Part shown: in pieces, positions 55,194-64,000 of the stretch
Numbering within the stretch: the first letter of the stretch is position 1
Layout of the letters: each line of letters starts with the position of its first letter
Virus record (IMG/VR): IMGVR_UViG_3300034082_002390
Length of the DNA: 64,000 nucleotides
Reading direction: 5' to 3' (one strand)
Source: an uncultured virus (IMG/VR IMGVR_UViG_3300034082_002390)
Taxonomy: Duplodnaviria; Heunggongvirae; Uroviricota; Caudoviricetes
Position numbers and translations under genes: made by a program
The notes under the pieces: model-generated
What the model saw: only the letters and a program-made list of their open reading frames with translations
Told to the model about the DNA's origin: nothing
Database searches by the model: none

Positions 55194-55452
55194 CTGTGTC
55201 CTTTAGAAGTTCTTTGAGTTTTCTGACATCTTTGTGCTTGGGGAAAATAAAAGTATGATGCCAGACGTTGTTGTATTTGATAGGCAAGTCGTTGAACACT
55301 GTTAATCTTGGCCCTTCTGTTTCATTGATCACCGTATCATTACCTACTGTGCCAACAAAAGGAATCTTGTTCCATGTGCCAGCCACGCGATCGCCAATCT
55401 GATATCTTGCTTTGTATCTATTTGCGGCAAAGTATTCGGCTAGATTTGCCAT
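55186..55452 (-). CDS. Hypothetical protein
   Basis: YQIGDRV.G.WNKIPFVG. Confidence 0.6.
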   Translation of the reverse strand: MANLAEYFAANRYKARYQIGDRVAGTWNKIPFVGTVGNDTVINETEGPRLTVFNDLPIKYNNVWHHTFIFPKHKDVRKLKELLKDTDV

Positions 55453-55469
55453 GCTATTTTACCTTTTGA

Positions 55470-56843
55470 TTAGAGTTTTTCGCCAGCTTCAAATCCACGG
55501 AATCGCTTGTGACGGGGGAATCTCAGTGAGTATGTTCCGTCTTGGTTTTGCGTAACTGCATCAGCTTCGACTTCACCGATGACACCAAGTAACTGATCCC
55601 GTGCGGCCCAAAACTCATCGCGATCGCTATCGCTATAACCAGTACCAACATTAACCCGAATATTTCGTTCATTGTCAACTCCTTCGTAAATTATAGCACC
55701 CAACCGGCCCTGATTGCGACCAGTACCTTCTTCAAAACCCACAATGGTCAAGTCCACAGTGATAGTGGGTTTCCATTTCATCCATGAGTCGCTACGCTTG
55801 CAGATGTAAGGTGCATCCAGATTCTTGATCATGATGCCTTCGTAGCCCTGTTCCACCGATGCTTCGGCAAAACGGCGCATGACGTCATGCCCTTCTGCTG
55901 TGTCCAGGTCCACATCCATGCCCGGCATGATACGCAGGTTGTCAGTCTCTTCTAGAGCTGATTTGGCACTGTCAAGCCACTCCAGCCGTTTGTGCTGTTG
56001 CACATTCCAGTGACCTTCTTTAAGGGCATCCAAGGGCAACACATCAAAAATGTGATACACCATGCCCGAAGTTTCAGCATCACTCTTGCGGTGTGCCTGT
56101 TTCATGAGCTTTTGAAAAGTCTCGCCCACAATCTCACCGTCCAGCACAAATTGGCCACCAGTACCGCGCCCGTATTGAAACGCCTTGCGGTTGACTTCAA
56201 TGGCTTCGGCAATCTGCGGAAAGTTTTCAAACACCTTGCCATTGCGGCTGTACAGTGTGCAAACATCACCTTGTACCACAGCCACCACACGAACACCGTC
56301 CAGTTTGACTTCCAGGCGCTTGATGCCCTTCATCTTTTTGGGTTGATCAGCACTGTCCTGTGCCAACTGCACACTGAACACTGGAATCCGCCACTCTGTA
56401 TTGCCCACAACTTTGTTGATGGTCTTTTCAGAGATACCGCAACGCAGGTCCTTGATGATCACTCTGCGGGCCAAGTTATTCCACTCGTCTGAGTCAAACT
56501 GTTCGGCTACTTCTTGAATACGATCACGAGCACGGTGTCCTGTGATACCACGGGTACGTAGATTTTCCAACAGGGCCCAGAACACTGGCCAAGGATTGTC
56601 GCGGCCAGTGAGGCCCGACGTTTCTGGCACTTGCCTTACATTGAATGTGTAGAAAGGATTGTAGGCCTGATAGCAGTTGAACAAGAAAATCTGTGCGTTG
56701 GCGCTCCCCAGCTGAGAGGCCATTAATGCTTTCTCGATCACTTTTTCTTTATGAAGTCTGCTGTCGCTACTTTCTAGGTCGCGAATCCAATCTGCCGCCA
56801 CTTTGATCCCATTATATTCTGGTGATGTTAAATCACGTATCAT
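55470..56843 (-). CDS. lig: ATP-dependent DNA ligase
   Basis: EVKLDGVR (KxDG), LDGEI, FDVL, EGIMIK, WMKWK and SLRFPR. Confidence 0.93.
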   Translation of the reverse strand: MIRDLTSPEYNGIKVAADWIRDLESSDSRLHKEKVIEKALMASQLGSANAQIFLFNCYQAYNPFYTFNVRQVPETSGLTGRDNPWPVFWALLENLRTRGITGHRARDRIQEVAEQFDSDEWNNLARRVIIKDLRCGISEKTINKVVGNTEWRIPVFSVQLAQDSADQPKKMKGIKRLEVKLDGVRVVAVVQGDVCTLYSRNGKVFENFPQIAEAIEVNRKAFQYGRGTGGQFVLDGEIVGETFQKLMKQAHRKSDAETSGMVYHIFDVLPLDALKEGHWNVQQHKRLEWLDSAKSALEETDNLRIMPGMDVDLDTAEGHDVMRRFAEASVEQGYEGIMIKNLDAPYICKRSDSWMKWKPTITVDLTIVGFEEGTGRNQGRLGAIIYEGVDNERNIRVNVGTGYSDSDRDEFWAARDQLLGVIGEVEADAVTQNQDGTYSLRFPRHKRFRGFEAGEKL

Positions 56844-56912
56844 TTCAAGCTCCTGTAATACTTACTCAATTTGCAACAACTATTATACAACATGTTGATT
56901 TTAAAATCAACC

Positions 56913-57203
56913 TTAATCACCACTGTCAATTTGATACTGGTCATCGCAGTGACTGCATCGATAATTGGTCAAACAACGACCAGCATTAGAGCTTTGGTAA
57001 AGATGTGTGCAAGGTTCGCCTTGTTTGTTTAGACGAACGTCACCTCGCGGGTTTCCAAACATGTACTGGCCACCACAATTGTTGCAAGCAAGGGTATCGG
57101 TAGATTTATCATACCCTGAATAAACATGTTTGTATTTTTGTTGCTCTGGACTGAGAGGTACTCGGCAAGAGCCGTTGCAAACTGGACAAATTCCTCGAGA
57201 CAT
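56913..57203 (-). CDS. Cys-rich (zinc-finger) protein
   Basis: CPVC, CNNC and CSHC. Confidence 0.6.
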   Translation of the reverse strand: MSRGICPVCNGSCRVPLSPEQQKYKHVYSGYDKSTDTLACNNCGGQYMFGNPRGDVRLNKQGEPCTHLYQSSNAGRCLTNYRCSHCDDQYQIDSGD

Positions 57204-57213
57204 TTTTATCCTT

Positions 57214-57477
57214 TCAGCGGCTAAGATTCATAACACGAGCATCAAATTCCATAAAGCTGACTTCGAATGGCACAAAGACTTCTTTACCAACGCGGCCCTT
57301 GTCTTCGCTGTCACTCCAACTGTCCTTGGTGACTACAATCACAAAGCAGTCGTAACCTTTGTTGTCAATTTTTTCAACAACACCCTCAACAAAACAATCA
57401 TCTCGGCCCAACATGGGTTTGAAATCGTATGCACGGATTGTGTCGCCAACTCGGGCAATATTTGCAAATTTCAGCAT
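57214..57477 (-). CDS. Hypothetical early protein
   Basis: VGDTIRAYDF; AGGAG RBS after promoter cassette. Confidence 0.65.
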   Translation of the reverse strand: MLKFANIARVGDTIRAYDFKPMLGRDDCFVEGVVEKIDNKGYDCFVIVVTKDSWSDSEDKGRVGKEVFVPFEVSFMEFDARVMNLSR

Positions 57478-57508
57478 CTTCAGCTCCTTTGTTTCTTACT
57501 ATACTTGT

Positions 57509-57566
57509 ATTATAGCAAATGGAGCATTTCTGGTCAACCAGAATTAGGTGTTGTATTTTTACAACA
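57509..57566 (-). promoter_or_regulatory. Sigma70-type promoter with upstream palindrome
   Basis: TTGACC-17-TATAAT; TGTTGTAAAAATACAACA at 57549-57566; 33 bp identical to 27036-27068. Confidence 0.85.
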
Positions 57567-57619
57567 AAATTGTGTATTTTTATCCTAAAAAAGTAGTACT
57601 TTGTATTACTTTTTAAAAA

Positions 57620-59626
57620 TCAAGTGCCCGGAAGCTGTGTGTCCATGTCAATGTTGGCGTCTTGTAGAGCCGCTAGATTGCGACCTTCTCGCAAGCTTGC
57701 AATTATACATTGACCACTCAGCGTAGACATGTTGGCCAGTGCAGTCAAAACCTCGTTGGCCTGGCCTGGTTCAACTTCAGTTCCGTATTGATGCAACCCG
57801 CTGGCAAAACTCAGTCCTGATGAATTTGAACTTTGTGAACTATAAATTGTACCAAAGTTTATCAAAGCTTTTTGTTGATTGCTAGCTTCACGTGCCAATT
57901 CAGTAGTTATATCAGTCCAGGTAGTATTAGTAGAGCTCACTGTAGCTGGATTGGCATTTGCTATGTTTGCAATTGCAGAGTTTGCTGCCGGTATTAGTCC
58001 TGCAGAAAATGCATCATCTAAACTGCTATAGGTTCCGGCTGCTGGCCCAGTTGGAATTGTGATTGTGGTTGCTGGATCTGGATCATTGTAATCGCCGGCT
58101 TGGGTGTTGGCCATGTACTGGTAGACGCTTGACAAGGCAGCTGTGTTTGTGTTTGTGATTGAATTAGCCGCAGATGTAAATCCCAGGGTAAAAATTGAAC
58201 TTGTTAACACTCCCAGGACATCAGTTAACAGCAGTGTTCCGCGAGGTCCCGAGCCGCTGCCTAGCCCAGATGTATATGTTGTTTTTACTGAATCTGGAAC
58301 TGGAGTGGTCAGTGCATTCACAGCCGGCAAATCTGTATTGGTTTCTACCAGAGCCATTGCTTTAGAAAATGTTGGCAAAGTAGAATTGGTGATTCCTTTA
58401 ATTTGCTGTAGTCCACGAGTGAAGGCCTTGGCAGCTAGAGCCTGGTCAGGTGGTATCACAAACTTCATCACTTGGTAACTGTCTTGATTGTTGGGACCAG
58501 TGTAGGCTTGAACAATGCTGTTGTCAACTACTGGTATTAGATCTGAATTGACTGTGTTGTTGGCTAGATATACCGGCAGTAACACATCGTTATTGGGGCA
58601 TACTAGTGTGCGATAACTACCGGGCAAAATGTAAACCAGATTCAACAACTGTGCCATATTGGTTAACCCAGTTGTGGTCACTCCTAGCAATGCGAGCATC
58701 TGATCCAGTGCGCTTCCAACAATTTTTTCCATTGCTGAATATGCCAACTTCTCCTCGCTAGGGCTCAATGGATTTACACCGGATGCCAATAACAATATTT
58801 GAGATTCAGAAATACCAGCGCCAATCAATAAAACCGCAATTGATGGTGGAATGCCACCGCATGTTTTACCCACCTGTGCCAACAGTGTGCCAGGCAAGCC
58901 AAAACTGTTGAGTGCTGTTAAATCTATCAATTTTCCTAGTTTGATTAGGTCAGCTGACAGTGCCACTAGATCAGTGCTTACTTGATTGAGTGCCCCAGTG
59001 GTCAATGTTGTCATTCCGCCCTTGGCCACATCAAATGTTGTGACCAATATATCACTATTGTTTACAGCATTTATGTTGTAATTGGATTGTGAAACATATC
59101 CCTGGGCACCACTAAACACCTGACAGAACACATCAAGGTCGCCATTGCCCAACAAGGCATTTGCATCTGTTGTTACTATGCCTGGCAGAGAGTAAACATC
59201 AATGTTGATATCCCAGAAAGCTGAATTTGCAGTTGGTGTTTCATCTTGCGATTCAGCAGTTGCCACAAACACATTGCCAGTATAGGACACTGTATTTCCA
59301 ACTACATATTTTACAGTATTATCGTATCCAAGATACAATCCATTGACCACTAGACTCAGCAGTGGGGTAGAGGATGGTACCACACCAGTGACTGCCGGAA
59401 AATTATTGGCGCCCATGGTCAACAAAGATACAAATGTGGATTGTGTTAGAGAATTGCCAACATTGCCCCAGATGCCTTGCAATTGCGAAATAATCGGCAC
59501 ACTGGTGTATGCGCTGACAGCATTGGCAAGTGCTGTGGGAATGGCCAATGCAACTCCCACATCAGCCGGGGGGTTAGGCAAGAGGCCGGCCCCTGCAATA
59601 GTCATAACTGGAGATAATACAGACAC
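57620..59626 (-). CDS. Putative baseplate/virion structural protein
   Basis: 668 aa, A/S/T/N-rich, adjacent to PAAR; CBM5/12-like segment YVVGNTVSYTG..F.A...P....FW. Confidence 0.55.
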   Translation of the reverse strand: MSVLSPVMTIAGAGLLPNPPADVGVALAIPTALANAVSAYTSVPIISQLQGIWGNVGNSLTQSTFVSLLTMGANNFPAVTGVVPSSTPLLSLVVNGLYLGYDNTVKYVVGNTVSYTGNVFVATAESQDETPTANSAFWDINIDVYSLPGIVTTDANALLGNGDLDVFCQVFSGAQGYVSQSNYNINAVNNSDILVTTFDVAKGGMTTLTTGALNQVSTDLVALSADLIKLGKLIDLTALNSFGLPGTLLAQVGKTCGGIPPSIAVLLIGAGISESQILLLASGVNPLSPSEEKLAYSAMEKIVGSALDQMLALLGVTTTGLTNMAQLLNLVYILPGSYRTLVCPNNDVLLPVYLANNTVNSDLIPVVDNSIVQAYTGPNNQDSYQVMKFVIPPDQALAAKAFTRGLQQIKGITNSTLPTFSKAMALVETNTDLPAVNALTTPVPDSVKTTYTSGLGSGSGPRGTLLLTDVLGVLTSSIFTLGFTSAANSITNTNTAALSSVYQYMANTQAGDYNDPDPATTITIPTGPAAGTYSSLDDAFSAGLIPAANSAIANIANANPATVSSTNTTWTDITTELAREASNQQKALINFGTIYSSQSSNSSGLSFASGLHQYGTEVEPGQANEVLTALANMSTLSGQCIIASLREGRNLAALQDANIDMDTQLPGT

Positions 59627-59629
59627 TAG

Positions 59630-59920
59630 TTATCCACCAATAAAGGTATTAAAGCTACCAGATGCAATGGCTGTGCACATCAGCAACTTGTCTCCAAGTC
59701 TGGCAGCCGGCCTGCCTTCAATAAACACTGTTGCACTGCCGGATATGATAGATGCAGTGTGAGGACGACATCTTCTAGCAGGTTGAAGATGAGGTGTTAC
59801 ACTGTCACCAAGTCTGGCTGCTGGTCTGCCATTGATAAGGACAGTTGTTGCCCCTGTCATAATAGACATTGGGCTACAGTGCGGAATGCACGAATCGCCT
59901 AATCTTGCTGCTGGACGCAT
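59630..59920 (-). CDS. PAAR-domain baseplate spike tip protein (T4 gp5.4-like)
   Basis: Three PAARLGD repeats. Confidence 0.92.
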   Translation of the reverse strand: MRPAARLGDSCIPHCSPMSIMTGATTVLINGRPAARLGDSVTPHLQPARRCRPHTASIISGSATVFIEGRPAARLGDKLLMCTAIASGSFNTFIGG

Positions 59921-60111
59921 GTGGCTCTCTCCAATAATTGTTCAAACTTACTATTCCACGAATCAATTTCTTCGTGTTGTTCATGAGTATGCGGTCCAGG
60001 GGGTATTTCGGGCAAAAATGCAACCAGGTGTTCAAACACCTGCGGTACATCGTCATACCTGGTGTAGGTACAGAGTTTGCCATTTAAAATAATGTCAAAC
60101 CGGTGTGCCAT
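59899..60111 (-). CDS. Hypothetical phage protein
   Basis: F.PEIPPGPHTHEQHEEI. Confidence 0.65.
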   Translation of the reverse strand: MAHRFDIILNGKLCTYTRYDDVPQVFEHLVAFLPEIPPGPHTHEQHEEIDSWNSKFEQLLERATCVQQQD

Positions 60112-60112
60112 T

Positions 60113-60409
60113 TTAACCAGTTAATATTTGTTTGCCCACGGCAATTCCTGTTGTGGCTTGAATATAGCTATTGGCCACATCCTCACGAGTTTCGGCCACC
60201 ATGGCCCAACTAGAATTATTTAGCCTTACAGTTTTGTCAATATTTGAGCTAAACAAGCTGGGCATCATTTGTAGACCCTGTGGACTAACAACACAGCAAA
60301 TTGGCTGCTTGATCATCATGTAAGTGTCGTGAAGTTCTATAATTTTGGCAACAATTTCTTCGCCAGTGATAAGTTTGAAAGTGTAAATTTCATTGCATGC
60401 AGGTGTCAT
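60113..60409 (-). CDS. Sm-like domain phage protein
   Basis: FKLITGEEIVAK...YIQATTGI. Confidence 0.65.
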   Translation of the reverse strand: MTPACNEIYTFKLITGEEIVAKIIELHDTYMMIKQPICCVVSPQGLQMMPSLFSSNIDKTVRLNNSSWAMVAETREDVANSYIQATTGIAVGKQILTG

Positions 60410-60669
60410 GGTGTTCCTAAGTTAGAGTTTAAACGTGCTTGAAGTTCATCAACGCTAAGTTTACTTAACCCCTCAAAGCCACCCTCAACAAATAATTTGC
60501 CGTCTTTGTAAATTTGAGGCACAGTTCGATGTCCTGCACCCACAATAAATTCACGAGCATCACTGTCCTCGTCAATTTTAATTTCTTCAAACGCAATGCC
60601 TTTTTGATCTAATAGATATTTTGCCTTGACGCAAAAAGGACAATTATTTTTACTGTAAACTGTTAACAT
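60406..60669 (-). CDS. grx: Glutaredoxin
   Basis: CPFC, RTVPQI and GG. Confidence 0.92.
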   Translation of the reverse strand: MLTVYSKNNCPFCVKAKYLLDQKGIAFEEIKIDEDSDAREFIVGAGHRTVPQIYKDGKLFVEGGFEGLSKLSVDELQARLNSNLGTP

Positions 60670-61796
60670 TATAAACTAAATCCTGTAAATGTATTGCTAT
60701 CCACATCTTGTTTGGTACCACCAATGATGTAGCTGGAAATTTCTGTTTCTTGTGGAGCCACTTGTACATCTGCTCCTGCGATCCATTTGGCTGTCCACGG
60801 TAATGGGTTTGAGCCGGTCTTGACTGTGGTTGGGAGACCAATTGCAGTCATGCGTTTGTGTGCAATCCAATCCACGTAGTCGCACAACAACTGTTTGTTG
60901 AGTCCAATCATGGACCCATCTTTAAACAAGTATTCAGCCCATTTTTTCTCCTGGGCCACAGCACCATTGAACATTGCTACCAACTCATCTCGAGTTTCTT
61001 CCTTGATTCGAGCAAAATCAGGATCATCAGATGGCAATAGTTTGATCAGTGTCTGTGTACTAGCCAAGTGCACATTTTCATCACGTGCAATCAATTTGAT
61101 AATCTTGGCGTTGCCTTCCATTTTTTTCAATTCAGCAAATGCCCATGAGCAAGCAAACGACACATAAAATCTTATACCTTCAAGAGCGTTGACAGAATTT
61201 ATTGCCAACCACAACTTTTTCTTGAGATCATACAAGTTGACGACAATTTCCTTTCCGTTGACCTTGTGGGTTCCTTCGCCTAAGGTTTGATACCACAGAC
61301 TGGATTCAATTAGTGAATCATAATATTTGGTGATATCAATGGCACACTCTGAAATTTCTTCAATGTCCAACATCTCATCAAAGATTTTGCTTGGGTCACT
61401 GTACACATTGCGAATAATGTGTGTGTAACTACGACTATGAATTGTTTCGTTAAACGTCCATGTTGTGATCCATGTTTCTAACTCGGGTATGGATACCAGT
61501 GGTCCAAATGCTAAATTGGGACTGCGGCCTTGAACACTGTCTAGCAGTATCTGTCGTTTTAGATTGCTGGTAAAAATGTGTTGTTCAAAATCTGTCAAGT
61601 CCTTGAAGTCCTTGGCATCACGCAACACATCTACTTCTTCTGGTCGCCAAAAAAACCCCAACTGCTTGTCAGTCAGTTTGTCAAATTGTCGATATTTAAG
61701 TGTGTCAAATCGTTGCATACCAACTGACCCTTGTGGGTCAAGGAAAGCAAGACTGGTGGTATGATCGCGATTTTTCCGTAAATTTAATGTGCTCAT
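60669..61796 (-). CDS. nrdB: Ribonucleotide reductase class Ia beta subunit
   Basis: FFWRPEE, LDSVQGR, ETIHSRSY, EGIRFYVSF, RDENVH and VAPQETEISSY. Confidence 0.96.
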   Translation of the reverse strand: MSTLNLRKNRDHTTSLAFLDPQGSVGMQRFDTLKYRQFDKLTDKQLGFFWRPEEVDVLRDAKDFKDLTDFEQHIFTSNLKRQILLDSVQGRSPNLAFGPLVSIPELETWITTWTFNETIHSRSYTHIIRNVYSDPSKIFDEMLDIEEISECAIDITKYYDSLIESSLWYQTLGEGTHKVNGKEIVVNLYDLKKKLWLAINSVNALEGIRFYVSFACSWAFAELKKMEGNAKIIKLIARDENVHLASTQTLIKLLPSDDPDFARIKEETRDELVAMFNGAVAQEKKWAEYLFKDGSMIGLNKQLLCDYVDWIAHKRMTAIGLPTTVKTGSNPLPWTAKWIAGADVQVAPQETEISSYIIGGTKQDVDSNTFTGFSL

Positions 61797-61807
61797 TTTT
61801 ATCTTTC

Positions 61808-64000
61808 TTAAATCTTGCAACTGTCACAGTCTGCATCATCTGCCAGAGTGTTATCAACTGATTCTGATAGAACAGCGCGACCAGTCATGCGATCAATGTC
61901 AATCTCGCCCTGTCCATCATATGTGTTAAAGTAATACAACTGTTTGCCACCGTATTTGTAAAAAGTAATCACGTGCTTTAGCATTTCACTCATTGGTATC
62001 TTTTCATCCTCGTAGAATTGAGGATTGTAGCTGGTGTTTACGCTGATGCCCTGGTCGATATATTTTTGCAAAATTGCCATGATGTTCAAGTAGCCTTCGG
62101 GGCTTTTTTGATCCCACAACAACTCGTACTTGTTTTTTAGTCTTCTATACTCTGGCACCACTTGTTTTAACACACCATCCTTGCTTTGTTTGATTGATAC
62201 ATAGCTACGGGGAGGCTCGATACCATTGGTACTGTTGCTAATTTGTGCGCTGGTCTCAGCTGGCATCAGAGCCATTAGTGTGCTGTTTCGAATCCCTGTT
62301 CGGCGCAATTGTTCGCGGAGACCTTCCCAATCCACACAATCAGTATGCGGTAACAACTCATCAACTTCTTGCTTGTACGTGTCAACTGGCAACACGCCAT
62401 CATGATATTTTGTTTCGTTGCTCTTGGGACATGCACCAAATTCTGCTGCCAGGTCAGCACTGGCCTTGATCAAATAATAACTCCAGTGCTGGGCCCAACG
62501 ATCTACTTCAGCTAGAGATGCAGGATTGCTGTAACTTAGATCATGCTTGGCCAACCAGTAAGCAAAGTTAATAATACCAACGCCAAGTGGCCTACGTGCT
62601 TCGGTGGCCATCTGTGCTGCCAGAATTGGATAATGTTGATAACTCAACAGTGCATCAAGACCGCGCACTGCTAGATTGCAGGCCTTTTGCATGTCCTCGG
62701 GATTACGAAACACACCCCAATTCAATGCACTAAGAGTACACAATGCAATTTCACCATCGGTGTCATTGACATCATTTAACGGCTTGGTTGGCAGTGTGAT
62801 TTCACAGCAGAGATTGCTCATTTTAACTGGTGCCAAATCAGACTTGAAGCTGCTGTGAGTGTTGGCATGATCAACGTTTTGTAAATATACTCGTCCGGTA
62901 TCCTTGCGCTCTTGCATGAAAGTAGTAAACAGATCAATTGCCTTGAGTTTTTTCTTTCTTAGCTTGGTACTGCGTTCAGCTGACTCGTACAATTCACGGA
63001 ATCGATCTTGATCGTTAAAAAATGCTTCGTACATTTCTGGCACATCATGTGGGCTGAACAATGTGATATCTCCACCTGACAGCAAGCGTTCGTACATTAA
63101 CTTGTTGAACTGCACACCGTAATCCATGTGGCGCACACGATTATCTTCTGTACCTTTGTTGTTTTTTAACACCATCAAGTCTTCAACTTCAAGGTGCCAT
63201 ATGGGATAATACATGGTGGCAGCACCGTTACGAACCCCACCCTGACTGCAACTACGAGTGGCGGCTTGGAACATCTTGTAAAAAGGAACCACGCCAGTGT
63301 GATAAGCATCGCCGTTGCGTATGGGACTTCCAAGTGCTCGGATGCGCCCGCCCCCGATGCCAATGCCGGCTTTTTGGCTCACATACTTGACAATGCTAGA
63401 AGTTGTGGCATTGATGCTGTCTAGGCTATCACCAGTTTCAATCAACACACATGAACTGAATTGACGTTGCGGAGTTCGCACACCTGCCATGACTGGAGTT
63501 GGTAAACTGATTTGATGTGTGCTAATTGCATCGTAATAGTCTCTGACGTAGGCCAAGCGGGTGCTGGCTGGATACTTACTGAACAATGTGGCAGCAATCA
63601 ACACATACGCCACTTGTGGGGTTTCGTATATGGTTTTGGTAACACGATTTTGCACCAGGTACTTGCCACGGAATTGTTCCATGGCAGCATAGGTAAGATT
63701 TTCGTCACGTTCGTGGCGTACAAAACTATTGATGCGATCCCACTCGTCTGCTGAGTAAGTGGTCAATAGTTCAGCATCGTAGAACCCACGCTCAACATTG
63801 AGCTTGACCAGTTCATGCAAATGGCATGGAGTGAATGTGTTGTACACTTGTTTGCGTATGTGATAGCAAATCAAGCGGCCAGCAACATACTGATAATTTG
63901 GAGTATCCTCGCTGATTAGATCAGCTGCACTTTTGATCAAGGTCTCTTGAATGTTTGCAGTTGGGATACCATTATAAAATTGCAGTTGGCTTTTGATTTC
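61808..64000 (-). CDS. nrdA: Ribonucleotide reductase class Ia alpha subunit (N-terminus beyond the window)
   Basis: PTPVMAG, FSSCVL, SNLCCEI, MPAETS, LYY and C-terminal CDSC. Confidence 0.96.
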   Translation of the reverse strand, partial: EIKSQLQFYNGIPTANIQETLIKSAADLISEDTPNYQYVAGRLICYHIRKQVYNTFTPCHLHELVKLNVERGFYDAELLTTYSADEWDRINSFVRHERDENLTYAAMEQFRGKYLVQNRVTKTIYETPQVAYVLIAATLFSKYPASTRLAYVRDYYDAISTHQISLPTPVMAGVRTPQRQFSSCVLIETGDSLDSINATTSSIVKYVSQKAGIGIGGGRIRALGSPIRNGDAYHTGVVPFYKMFQAATRSCSQGGVRNGAATMYYPIWHLEVEDLMVLKNNKGTEDNRVRHMDYGVQFNKLMYERLLSGGDITLFSPHDVPEMYEAFFNDQDRFRELYESAERSTKLRKKKLKAIDLFTTFMQERKDTGRVYLQNVDHANTHSSFKSDLAPVKMSNLCCEITLPTKPLNDVNDTDGEIALCTLSALNWGVFRNPEDMQKACNLAVRGLDALLSYQHYPILAAQMATEARRPLGVGIINFAYWLAKHDLSYSNPASLAEVDRWAQHWSYYLIKASADLAAEFGACPKSNETKYHDGVLPVDTYKQEVDELLPHTDCVDWEGLREQLRRTGIRNSTLMALMPAETSAQISNSTNGIEPPRSYVSIKQSKDGVLKQVVPEYRRLKNKYELLWDQKSPEGYLNIMAILQKYIDQGISVNTSYNPQFYEDEKIPMSEMLKHVITFYKYGGKQLYYFNTYDGQGEIDIDRMTGRAVLSESVDNTLADDADCDSCKI

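Noticed and set aside
60669..64000. Introns or inteins in nrdA/nrdB
   Set aside because: Both frames are continuous and of normal length within the window.
1..64000. Bacterial chromosome origin or alternative genetic code
   Set aside because: PAAR and tail genes, T4-type late promoters and dense small hypothetical genes indicate a phage. Conserved genes are full length in the standard code, and TAA, TAG and TGA are all used as stops.

Overview
This 64-kb window is a segment of a large T4-like or jumbo tailed dsDNA phage genome. It is gene-dense, uses the standard genetic code and is mostly coded on the minus strand. A proteobacterial host, plausibly an aquatic betaproteobacterium, is inferred from the host-like genes. 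Core phage functions include a tail fibre/baseplate protein truncated at the left edge, PAAR, an ATP-dependent DNA ligase, NrdA/NrdB/glutaredoxin, UvsE and a SleB hydrolase. Host-like auxiliary genes cover proteostasis (two ClpP, ClpX, ClpS, Hsp20), redox (SOD, AhpC/AhpD, ferredoxin, ErpA), IF-1, NadE and a (p)ppGpp hydrolase. There are many glycan- and small-molecule-modifying enzymes, including two amidinotransferases, and a phosphate-stress block (PlcP-type phospholipase, GT2, PstS). Two promoter classes are readable: sigma70-type TTGACC-17-TATAAT cassettes, often with an upstream TGTTG-N8-CAACA palindrome, and T4-late-type TAAATA promoters. The most notable non-coding signals are: (1) Pho-box-like repeats exactly 11 bp upstream of TAAATA at both pstS and plcP; (2) a phasin-like gene with a PhaR-type operator and a ROSE-like thermometer; (3) a candidate multi-hairpin RNA near 54.8 kb. 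No tRNA, rRNA, CRISPR array or transposase was recognised. All product calls come from motif recognition by eye, not from database searches.
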